From contig NIVC01000442.1 of the NCBI GenBank assembly GCA_002269645.1, forward strand, positions 1 to 64,000: a stretch of 64,000 nucleotides of DNA, read 5' to 3'. Shown piece by piece: positions 1-12,300 of the stretch (position 1 is its first letter; each line of letters begins with the position of its first letter). This DNA is from Macrostomum lignano. Lineage: Eukaryota. The notes beneath the pieces were generated by a model, which ran no database searches, was not told the origin of the DNA, and saw only the letters and a list, made by a program, of their open reading frames with translations. The translations under genes were made by a program, and so were the position numbers.

Positions 1-330
1 GCGAAGCTTTTGAGCTAACGGCGCTGTCAACTGAGAATCGTGATTTCAGAACTGGTTTTGCTGGCTAACTAACATCTTCATTTTGGGGTCTTACCCGAGT
101 AGCTTGCCTTTATTCGGGAAATCCTAGCATCAGTTTGCCCTATCCGTGTGAACCCGTACACACGATTCATCCGATTCTGATATCCCATTCGAGATCGCAC
201 CCAGATCCCGTCCTAGAGGTCACATCCAAGATCTCGATCATTAGATCTCCGATTCCAAGATCCTGTCTCAGAGATCAAGAGACAGATCCCTGTAGGAGAT
301 GGGGATTAAATTATTTGAGTCGAGTCTCAC

Positions 331-3300
331 CCTGGCCCATCCTGTCAGGCGGGAACGGGATATCGTTCTGTCCGTCCAGAAGATTTCTAAGCGCAGGCAG
401 CAGCCTGGCCAGATCGTGCACTTCACCGTAGTAACCAAACTTGACCAGGTAGTGCAGCAGTTTCAGCACCTGCTCGATCAGAATATTATTAGCCACCTGC
501 GAGGCCACCATCATGCGATTTTGTCGAGGAATTCGGCAATCAATCCCGGATGACTGGGAATATCGTCACCAGGTCTTTGGCAGCCTGGGCGTGAGTTAAT
601 ACAGGGAACGAGCTTCTTATAATTTGAAAGATTAAAAAACAGCTTTGATAGAAGCGTCTGCCAGTAACAAGTTAGCTATAGAAGTTTTTATCTCCTGGGA
701 TGCTAGACTTGGTCTCCGGATGGGGCTAGACTTGGTCTCCGGATGGGGCTAGACTTGGTCTCCGGATGGGGCTAGACTTGGTCTCCGGATGGGGCTAGAC
801 TTGGTCTCCGGATGGGGCTAGACTTGGTCTCCGGATGGGCTAGACTTGGTCTCCGGATGGGGCTAGACTTGGTCTCCGGATGGGGCTAGACTTGGTCTCC
901 GGATGGGGCTAGACTTGGTCTCCGGATGGGGCTAGACTTGGTCTCCGGATGGGGCTAGACTTGGTCTCTGGAGGGCTAAGTTGTTTATTATGTATAATTC
1001 AATTAGCTCGTATATTAATCAAAACAGAGAATCCATGCACTTTACGGTCGCTCTCGGGCCCCTAAAAATTCGCGCAAATATGCAATGCTGCTGGCACAGC
1101 TGAGATTCAAAGCGCAAATGAAAGGTGCAAGCTTGTCAACAGAGATAGTTGCTACTAAAGTACATTTCTTTTGTTATCGGTAAGACTTGTAAAATTGCGA
1201 CTCAATACGTTAAACTAATTAGTAAGACTACCATCGCCGCTCGCAAACATTTCAATCTACATTAAGGAGTTATTTTGCAACTCTCAACTGTATGGTCGAA
1301 CAGATGAAAGAATGGGGAAGCATCGAACCAGCGACCTTCTCCTTCTAATATCTTTGTCCTTAGACCTTTTGATTGCCTATAGAATTGATAATTAGTTTTT
1401 ACTAATTATGCGCGCTGATTAAAGAAATCGATAAGTTTTCACGCAAATACCCTTTGCTGCTCTAAACGGCTCGGTTCTCCAACTTTTCTGCCCTGTTTCT
1501 GCACGTGTTGAGACATTGGGAGTAGCGAAACAGAGGTGTTAAAAGTGAGACAACGAATTACAATATTTGAAACAAACGAATCGTCTGGGACAGGGTAGCT
1601 CGCAGTCATTCAGACATCAGACATTTGACATTATCTGGCTATTCGGCCCACCTGCCTAGACATCGGATTATCGACATCAGCACTCTCTCAGTCTCCCGTA
1701 GTCAGCAGTAGAGCTGCCACAGGCTACATACCGACAGAAAACAGCTGTAAATTTTACATGTCGAAAACCGCATTCGATTTGAGCACTGGGGCACAGAATC
1801 TATAGCCATCGAAAGCAGACAGAAACAAAGCCTTGCACACAAACGTTTAGTTCAAACATTTAGTTTAAAAGCACCCACCCGCCAAAAACTAGATTGTTTA
1901 AGATACTGTCTCTATCTTGGGTGATTGTGTCTCTATCCTGTGTGATTTTGCCTCTATTCTGTGTGATTGTGTATCTATTCTGTGTGATTGTATATCTATC
2001 CTGCATGATTGTGTATTAATCCTGCGTGATTGTGTCTCTATCCTCTGTGATTGTGTCTCAATCCTCTGTGATTGTGTCTCAATCCTCTGTGATTGTGTCT
2101 CTATCCTCTGTGATTGTGTCTCAATCCTCTGTGATTGTGTCTCTATCCTGCGTAATTGTGTCTCTATCCTCTGTGATTGTGTCTCAATCCTCTGTGATTG
2201 TGTCTCTATCCTGCGTAATTGTGTCTCTATCCTCTGTGATTGTGTCTCAATCCTCTGTGATTGTGTCTCAATCCTCTGTGATTGTGTCTCTATCCTCTGT
2301 GATTGTGTCTCAATCCTCTGTGATTGTGTCTCTATCCTCTGTGATTGTGTCTCTATCCTGCGTAATTGTGTCTCTATCCTCTGTGATTGTGTCTCAATCC
2401 TCTGTGATTGTGTCTCTATCCTGCGTAATTGTGTCTCTATCCTCTGTGATTGTGTCTCAATCCTCTGTGATTGTGTCTCAATCCTCTGTGATTGTGTCTC
2501 TATCCTCTGTGATTGTGTCTCTATCCTCTGTGATTGTGTCTCTATCCTGCGTAATTGTGTCTCTATCCTCTGTGATTGTGTCTCAATCCTCTGTGATTGT
2601 GTCTCTATCCTGCGTAATTGTGTCTCTATCCTCTGTGATTGTGTCTCAATCCTCTGTGATTGTGTCTCAATCCTCTGTGATTGTGTCTCTATCCTCTGTG
2701 ATTGTGTCTCTATCCTCTGTGATTGTGTCTCTATCCTGCGTAATTGTGTCTCTATCCTCTGTGATTGTGTCTCAATCCTCTGTGATTGTGTCTCAATCCT
2801 GTGTAAATGTGTCTCTATCCTCTGTGATTGTGTCTCAATCCTCTGTGATTGTGTCTCTATCCTCTGTGATTGTGTCTCTATCCTCTGTGATTGTGTCTCT
2901 ATCCTCTGTGATTGTGTCTCTATCCTGCGTAATTGTGTCTCTATCCTCTGTGATTGTGTCTCAATCCTCTGTGATTGTGTCTCTATCCTGCGTAATTGTG
3001 TCTCTATCCTCTGTGATTGTGTCTCAATCCTCTGTGATTGTGTCTCAATCCTGTGTAAATGTGTCTCTATCCTCTGTGATTGTGTCTCAATCCTCTGTGA
3101 TTGTGTCTCAATCCTCTGTGATTGTGTCTCTATCCTCTGTGATTGTGTCTCTATCCTCTGTGATTGTGTCTCTATCCTGCGTAATTGTGTCTCTATCCTC
3201 TGTGATTGTGTCTCTATCCTGTGTAATTGTGTCTCTATCCTATGTGATTGTGTCTCTATCCTCTGTGATTGTGTCTCAATCCTGTGTAATTGTGTCTCTA

Positions 3301-6300
3301 TCCTCTGTGATTGTGTCTCTATCCTCTGTGATTGTGTCTCAATCCTGTGTGATTGTGTCTCTATCCTCTGTGATTGTGTCTCAATCCTCTGTGATTGTGT
3401 CTCAATCCTGTGTAAATGTGTCTCTATCCTCTGTGATTGTGTCTTAATCCTCTGTGATTGTGTCTCAATCCTCTGTGATTGTGTCTCAATCCTGTGTAAA
3501 TGTGTCTCTATCCTCTGTGATTGTGTCTCTATCCTCTGTGATTGTGTCTCTATCCTCTGTGATTGTGTTTCTATCCTGTGTGATTGTGTCTCAATCCTGT
3601 GTGATTGTGTCTCAATCCTGTGTAAATGTGTCTCAATCCTCTGTGATTGTGTCTCAATCCTGTGTAAATGTGTCTCTATCCTCTGTGATTGTATCTCTAT
3701 CCTGTGTAAATGTGTCTCTATCCTCTGTGATTGTGTCTCAATCCTCTGTGATTGTGTCTCTATCCTCTGTGATTGTGTCTCTATCCTCTGTGATTGTGTT
3801 TCTATCCTGTGTGATTGTGTCTCTATCCTCTGTGATTGTGTCTCTATCCTCTGTGATTGTGTCTCAATCCTGTGTAATTGTGTCTCTATCCTCTGTGATT
3901 GTGTCTCTATCCTCTGTGATTGTGTCTCTATCCTCTGTGATTGTGTCTCAATCCTCTGTGATTGTGTCTCTATCCTCTGTGATTGTTTCTCTATCCTGTG
4001 TAATTGTCTCTATCCTATGTGATTGTGTCCTTATGCTTCGTGATTCTGTCTCTATCCTATGTGGGCAAATGCAGTTAACGAGTACAGCTGACACTCACGT
4101 ATTGCTCGGGTGAGCTGGTCTGATAAGTGAAGTCTTTGGTGCCGATGTATTCGTAGATGAAGCACAGCTGGGGACTCTCCACTACAGAGTAGTTATTGCC
4201 AACGTTCACGAATAGACCTGTTTATATAGGTGGGTGGGTATTTATGACTACCGACTTTTGTGCGTCCCTAAGTACCTTAGTACCTAAGTTCTTAGACCTA
4301 AGGTAGTTCGCCGTAGGTACTAACTAGATGTATGGTTAATTAATTTTTACCTATGATAATTTCGCAATACTTGGCCCGAAATTCGTGCGGCAAACTCTCC
4401 GATGACAGGCCAAGATAGGCCTCCTCCCAAGTCAGGTAGGATAGGTCCTTGGTGATAAGTCGGATGCAGTCCTCATTGCGCCCCTGAATCAACATGCAAA
4501 CATTGAGTGAAATGCCAATTATCATATTGTACTTGTCTTGTAACAACAAAGAAAACTACAATTATAGATCAGAAAGCAACGACGGTAACATCAACAAACA
4601 ACGAAGACAAAGCCTTATCAGGGTATTGTCTCATACAACGGCATCCACTACAGCATGCCATGAGTCATCCACTAAAGCATGCCATGAGTCATCCACTAAA
4701 GCATGCCATGAGTCATCCACTACGACTACAGCATGCCATGCGTCATCCACTAAAGCATGCCATGAGTCATCCACTACGACTACAGCATGCCATGCGTCAT
4801 CCACTAAAGCATGCCATGAGTCATCCACTACGACTACAGCATGCCATGCGTCATCCACTAAAGCATGCCATGAGTCATCCACTACGACTACAGCATGCCA
4901 TGCGTCATCCACTAAAGCATGCCATGAGTCATCCACTACGACTACAGCATCCCATGCGTCATCCACTACAGCATGCCATGCGTCATCCATTACAGCATCC
5001 CATGCGTCATCCACTACAGCATGTCATGCGTCATCCACTACAGCATCCCATGCGTCATCCACTACAGCATATCATGCGTCATCCACTACAGCATGTCATG
5101 CGTCATCCATTACAGCATCCCATGCGTCATCCACTACAGCATGCCATGCGTCATCCATTACAGCATCCCATGCGTCATCCACTACAGCACCCATGCGTCA
5201 TCCACTAACATATCATTCGTCATACGCTGCAGCCTTCAGCATCCCATGCGTCATCCACAATATCATCTCATGCGTCAGCCACTCACGTGACACAGCGCAA
5301 TGAACAGGTCCAGTTGGGTGTGCAGGAACAGGCACCGCTCAACAGCCTCTGTATCATATTCGTCCGGCTGAACGAAGTCGACCAGGGGCAGCCAGCTGTG
5401 CTGCTGGTCGTAGCTCACGTAGGTCTCGTTAGGCTTCCTGTCGATGTTCTGGCCTCGGTTGGTCATGTACACACCCCGCTGAAAGGTTTGAGGCTAATCT
5501 TATCAATGAAGAAGCACCCAAAGAAACGTCTGGATGCCGAGACTGACAGTTCCTAACTTTAAAATCCGAGCTTCGTAAGTGAAGCCCCCTTCAACAATGA
5601 TGCTTTAGAAAGGAAAGGAAAGTATGGAGCAGATCTACTTCCAATCCAGCTATTTCAAAGTCTCCGCTTTCATTAAGCTTCAGTGCAACCGAAAAATAGC
5701 CAGCGTTGTTCACTAACCGTGTCTTCGAGAAGCCACTTCTGCGCGATGAAGTTCTGATTCTCAGTGATGGCCACCCCGTTGCATACGCAGAGAACCTTCA
5801 GCAGCTCCAAGTAGCTGTGATGCTGAAATATTAGTAGCTATGAGTAATACTTTCCGAATGAAAATATACATGAAGTGCAACCGCCTAATAGTATCAGGTA
5901 TGTCACGTGACTGATCTGAGGCCAGTAGCGACATTTGCATATGAGTGCTGCTGGTAGAAACTACCCGGTGATTCCCAAGGTCATTTTCATCTCCAGCCTG
6001 CTTTACTGTACACCGAGGGCAGGGGTGGGTGTTGACTGCTGGGAATCCCACGAGGTCATTTAGAAATCACGCCACAGCCTCGTGTGAAGAGGCCAAACAA
6101 GACGAAAGGGGACGACAAAATAAACTGAATCAACTACTCTCTTATTTTGCATCATATTTGCATTTCGTTTTTTATTCATATAGCGAGGGCGCACCTCATT
6201 TTTCCTCAACAGCTCCACAAACACTTCAATCTGGGCGTTGCTGATGCGATCGACAATTTTTCGATTATCCTTCATCAGTTCCACCAGCATCTTGGTGACC

Positions 6301-9300
6301 TTGAGGGCCAGCTCGGACTGAAATAGTTTGCAAATGCGTGATATCAAATGCGAAGAAAACAGGAAAGTTTTTCTTCAGCCAATCACAATTCAGCTAGGGG
6401 TAGAGATGGATAATAAAAGCCGGATTGTTCGCATCTAGATTTCTTTAGAATTAAATTGATGCGCGGAAATCTCTAAACCACTGCGATGCATCACTAATAA
6501 AAGGTTAATAAATGAAAAGGCTTTGTAAGAAGTGTGGACTTTAAGACACAAAGTGTGCTCAAAATTGTAAAGCAAACAGAATATAAAGAGGTGATCGGCA
6601 TAGTGCATAGCCAAGAGGGTGACAATCTGTTACAACTACTGATTGAGCCCGTTGCTTCACCTGCAAAAAGAGCCAAGTAAATACATTACTATATTAATAT
6701 ATAAAGTATAAGCGGGTGAAAGCAACAGCTCTCCTCGATGTGTTAGACAAGTGCTGCTATTAATGTTAGAGAAAAAAGAAGACTGTGCTCAAGCAGCTCA
6801 AGCAGAAACGCACACTTTTAGCTTCTAAATCATCGCTTGCATCACTCTTTGCCTCGCTGGGAGCTGAGTCAATCTGAAAATCGGATGAGATCAATCTGGG
6901 CTGCTGAGGGACTTGTCATATTTTCATGCCTAAAGTTAAGCTGAGTTGTTAACTAATCTGATATTGTGGCAACTCAGTTTAATAGTATGCCGAACCGGTC
7001 GGTAATTCAAATCGAAAGCGTTGTTATTTATTGTTGTTGCAACTGACAGTTACTACTATTAATACTATAATGCGGTTATCCAATTAATTGAGCGACAGGC
7101 GGTTAAAAATTTCAAAGATTCTGCGGTACGTCCAGCGTTTTGAAGGCGCTTAATTTTTCTAGTAAAAATATCCTGCTGATAAAGGTGCAGTAAGTATAGT
7201 TCTTAGTGCTAGTGCTTTAGGTTGGCTCAGCCAATCACTGTTTGGTTTGGTTGTGGTCGGAGTGGGTTCTGGGGTGGTGGTCTGTTTGGGTTGGGTGCTT
7301 GGTGTGGTGGGGGCTGGTGTTGGGGTGGTGGGGCTGGTGTTGGGTGGTGGGGGCTGGTGTTGGGTGGTGGGGGCTGGTGTTGGGGTGGTGGGGGCTGGTG
7401 TTGGGGTGGTGGGGGCTGATGTTGGGGTGGTGGGGCTGGTGTTGGGGTGGTGGGGCTGGTGTTGGGGTGGTGGGGCTGGTGTTGGGGTGGTGGGGGCTGA
7501 TGTTGGGGTGGTGGGGGCTGGTGTTGGGGTGGTGGGGCTGTGTTGGGGTGGTGGGGGCTGGTGTTGGTGTGGTGGGGGCTGGTGGCTGAAGGGGTGGCTG
7601 TTGGAGTTGTTGTTGTGCCTTATCTACTTCGTAGTAAGGGTGCCTTCTCTTCTCGCTTTCGTTTGCACAAGGCTTCAAGATTTAAGCAAATGGTTTATTT
7701 ACCTTGTCAACCATTTGCGTTTGGAAGAACTCGATATACTTGGCAAAGTACAGGGCATTCTTCCGACTATTGCCCATCATGTAGGTGTGCAGGATGTCGT
7801 ACGCCTCGCTAAACACCTTGGTCAAATTGTGCTCGTCTTGCACCGCTTTTAGCGGAAATTTCAACAGCGTGACCAGCAGATCGATCACCTGGAAAAAAAG
7901 TGCGTGAGTTTGATAGTTGCCAGATTAAACTGGTGCTGAAGCTGTAACTAATACAGCCGCCTGTCAATCATCTCGCTCACCCGAAGATTCCGCAGCAGCT
8001 TCTGCCTCGCCTTGCACGGCTCGCCGTTCACCAGCATGAAGTTGCGCAGCTCCCTCAGAGCGTGGCAGATTCGAAATGTTTCCTTGCTGGTTAGCGGCCT
8101 GCCGATTTGTCTCTGGGAAGTTTTTTTAATGTTTTTGCTGCCGTTATTATAATAATTGGTATCCGCTAACTAGTATCCAGGGGTGAGTCACGCAGGTTTT
8201 GTACAGCCAGCAGCCTCAACTCTCTCGCTTTCGGGGGGTCACTTTGCATTCATAATCGTAAGAATCTTCATTAGAGTTTCTAACATACAGGTATTAATCC
8301 CTAATTAGATATCCCAAAATCCAAGTATTAATCACTGATTAGAGATCCCATTATCCAGATATTAATCGCTAATTAGGGATCCCGAAATCACTAATCTCTA
8401 ATTAGAGATCCTATTATCCAGGTATTAATCACTAATTAGAGATCCCATTATCCAGGTACGAATCCCTGATTAGAGATCCCATTATCCAGGTACTAATCCC
8501 TAATTAGAGATCCCATTATCCATGTCAAGTACACATACTTGACTCGCTGGCATCTCGGCATTGCTCAATTAGGGAGCGTAGTGTCCTTGTACTTTAGCTG
8601 TCCATGACTCATGGTTTTTGGCTAAGCTTGTGGAATTTTTAAACTGTTAAAACACAGCGGAGGCACTCACGGCGTCAATGAGATCCTGCAGGGTCGGCAC
8701 GACGCCGGCCACGAAGTTGAAATTCATCACGTGCTCCGAGTCGACTTTTTGAATTGTGTACGCGTCGTCATAGCGACGATCGAAGCAGCACGTGATCTGC
8801 GGGATTTGTTTCGGTGACAAGCGGTGAATCATTTTAATTAAACTGAAAAAACAAAGCACTCATAAAATTCCCGAACCCTGAGTTTCATATTTTTGAAGCT
8901 AATAGCGCTCTCTACCTGATTGAGTCTTAGGCATTGCGATATTTCGAGTTGGTGAATTTTAATATTGGTGAAGTTTTAGGTTTGGTGAAGTTTAGTATTG
9001 GTGAAGTTTAGTATTGGTGAAGTTTAGTATTGGTGAAGTTTAATATTGGTGAAGTTTAATATTGGTGAAGTTTAGGATTGGTGAAGTTTAATATTGGGGA
9101 AGTTTATTATTGGTGAAGTTTAGGATAGGTGAAGTTTAATATTGGTGAAGTTTAGGATTGGTGAAGTTTAATGTTGGTGAAGTTTAGGATTGGTGAAGTT
9201 TAATGGTGAAGTTTAATATTGGTGAAGTTTAGTATTGGTGAAGTTTAATATTGGGGAAGTTTATTATTGGTGCAGTTTAGGATAGGTGAAGTTTAATATT

Positions 9301-12300
9301 GGTGAAGTTTAGGATTGGTGAAGTTTAATGTTGGTGAAGTTTAGGATTGGTGAAGTTTAATGGTGAAGTTTAATATTGGTGAAGTTTAATATTGGTGAAG
9401 TTTAGTATTGGTGAAGTTTAATATTGGTGAAGTTTAGGATTGGTGAAGTTTAATGGTGAAGTTTAATATTGGTGAAGTTTAGGATTGGTGAAGTTTAATA
9501 TTGGGGAAGTTTATTATTGGTGCAGTTTAGGATAGGTGAAGTTTAATATTGGTGAAGTTTAGGATTGGTGAAGTTTAATGTTGGTGAAGTTTAGGATTGG
9601 TGAAGTTTAATGGTGAAGTTTAATATTGGTGAAGTTTAATATTGGTGAAGTTTAGTATTGGTGAAGTTTAATATTGGTGAAGTTTAGGATAGGTGAAGTT
9701 TAATATTGGTGAAGTTTAGGATTGGTGAAGTTTAGGATTGGTGAAGTTTAGTATTAGTGAAGTTTAGTATTGGTGAAGTTTATTATTGGTGAAGTTTAGG
9801 ATAGGTGAAGTTTAATATTGGTGAAGTTTAGGATTGGTGAAGTTTAATGTTGGTGAAGTTTAGGATTGGTGAAGTTTAATGGTGAAGTTTAATATTGGTG
9901 AAGTTTAGTATTGGTGAAGTTTAATATTGGTGAAGTTTAATATTGGTGAAATTTAATGGTGAAGTTTAATATTGGTGAAGTTTAGGATAGGTGAAGTTTA
10001 ATATTGGTGAAGTTTAGGATTGGTGAAGTTTAGGATTGGTGAAGTTTAGGATTGGTGAAGTTTAGGATTGGTGAAGTTTAGGATTGGTGAAGTTTAGGAT
10101 TGGTGAAGTTTAATATTGGTGAAGTTTAGGATTGGTGAAGTTTAATGGTGAAGTTTAATATTGGTGAAGTTTAGGATAGGTGAAGTTTAATATTGGTGAA
10201 GTTTAGGATTGGTGAAGTTTAGGATTGGTGAAGTTTAGGATTGGTGAAGTTTAGGATTGGTGAAGTTTAGGATTGGTGAAGTTTAATATTGGTGAAGTTT
10301 AGGATTGGTGAAGTTTAATGGTGAAGTTTAATATTGGTGAAGTTTAGGATTGGTGAAGTTTAATATTGGTGAAGTTTAGGATTGTTGAAGTTTAGGATTG
10401 GTGAAGTTTAGGATTGGTGAAGTTTAGTATTAGTGAAGTTTAGGATTGGTGAAGTTTAGGATTGGTGAAGTTTAGGATTGGTGAAGCCTCCATCTGAGCG
10501 GTGCTACTAAGCGAAGAGTCACACCAGTCGTCACAGTTGACACCCCAGATCCGCTCACCTCTCGAAGCTCACCGCCATCCCATCGAAGAGCTCGCATTGA
10601 TTTCTCATCCTCCATGTTGAGGAACTCCTTCCTCTGGTATGATTTGTCTGTTGCGTGAAAAAAGCCGACCATTTGTCAAGTAAGTAAGATGCTTGGTGCT
10701 ATTCTAATTAAAACATTGTCTAAAAACTATTATGCAAGCTAGCGGTTTCTACTGAACTCAGACCAATAGAAGAAATTTAAGAAATCGTTCAGTTCAACAC
10801 CTTTAATCGCGTGCAGCCAGCAGCCAGTGATGACGTGCTCAATTCGAGCATAGCTTTCGAACTTGAGCTCTGGCGAGTCCTGCAGCACCGGGTGCATCTT
10901 GAACACCGTGTGCGGATCGGTGGCATCCTCGGTAAGCGTCACCGAATAGGCCTCGCTAGCCTGCTTCACGCACAGGTATTTCCTAGTGGTGGCGTGCCGG
11001 AACCGGAACTGCTGGTCCCAGGTGAGCACTTCGCCATCGAGCACGGTGCTCTCCGGCTCTACCTGCCAGTAGGTGACTGCCGAGGTCGACGAGTGCAGAG
11101 TGCGCGGGTTCAGCTGGTCGATTTCGCGAATTCGAAGGTGAACTACAAAGCGGGTGAGCGTTCATTTTAACACTGAGTCACTACCTGCTAATTAGTACAT
11201 GTTTAAGCAGCCGCCTCACCGTCCTCAGTGATGTCCTGGTCAAACAGGCCCTCGGCAACAACATAGGCCTCCAGTTCCTTGTGGAACAGTTGAACAAACT
11301 GTCCACCCTGCAGACATTTTGTGACATTGCATATTGGATATGCATTCAGACTGTGTTTTTAAAAGCGACCAGTTTTTACCCCTGTACTGACAGGGAAAAA
11401 CTTTCACAGAATTTGTACCGAATTGACAGGTGAAAATTCTGTATTAAATCAAATGTGTTTGGGGCGACACGATGTGGCAGTTTATGTGCTAAAAGCGTTT
11501 GGTATGATAATGAAACATTTTTCTCACATGATGAAGACGAGTCGTGCTCTCAATGCTAACAGTCGGATCAACAGACCGTTGATGCTAACAGTTTAAGGCT
11601 GCTAAGTTAATGCTGTTCTTAGACCATAAAGCATTGACAACTCACTAAGCATGAACGATACTAAACGCATTATAACAAATGATTAATAAACTTGTATTCC
11701 AGTTCTGCTAAATTGCAGTGTTTCAACATTCTACAAGTCGAAGTTCAGCATGATCGAAATTGAGTTGACTGTCTCTGTATGTGACTAGACGTATACATAC
11801 ATTACTCATCAACGCCCTTAGATAAATGTAGATTTAGACTTTTTTGTACGCCCAATGTTATATTTGTTTTACAGAGCTTACGCAAACAGCGGGCAGTAAA
11901 AGTAAGCATTAGAAAGAAAGTACTGAAGCAACCCTCACCCTTGCATAGGTTTCGTGATCGCCGCTAAAGCCGTGAGACTTAATAATGGTAAATCCCGTCT
12001 GTTCGACGCCCAGGTTCAGCTCAGACCTGCGCAGGCATAGAAAAGTTGCTGATATTTCGATGTTTTGCTTTGCTATTTTTTACAATGTGAGAGTCCTATT
12101 TTGAGCTGACGCTGCCATCAACTTACACAAAAGTCGGCCTGGATTCTGGGCCAATCTTAAAGCCCTTGCTGGAGTGGAAGTAGTGCCCAGGACTTTTGAT
12201 TGACTCCAACGAGATCTGGTCCAGCAGTTGAACCTGACGGAATAGCAAACGATGCTTTATTAGTATCACGGAACTGTGCACTCGGCCATAGACAATAAAG

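Noticed and set aside
95-124. Possible 29-nt IP3R exon (DFPNKGKLL)
   Set aside because: It has AG/GT ends, but its phase does not match the preceding donor at 331. This cannot be resolved at the window edge.
1310-1385. tRNA-like fragment on the minus strand (GGTCTAAGG ... GGTTCGATG); similar GGTTCGAAG near 50645
   Set aside because: There is no cloverleaf or acceptor stem. At most these are decayed tRNA-derived SINE heads, too weak to call.
1917-4113. 701-aa Cys-rich ORF (CDCVSIL)n and overlapping ORFs
   Set aside because: This is the translation of a 21-bp intronic minisatellite, antisense to the IP3R gene. It has no unique sequence and is open in several frames only because the unit lacks stops.
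8538-8598. Possible small IP3R exon
   Set aside because: It has a stop in the required phase, and exons 8796-8671 and 8112-7981 join in frame with good homology without it.
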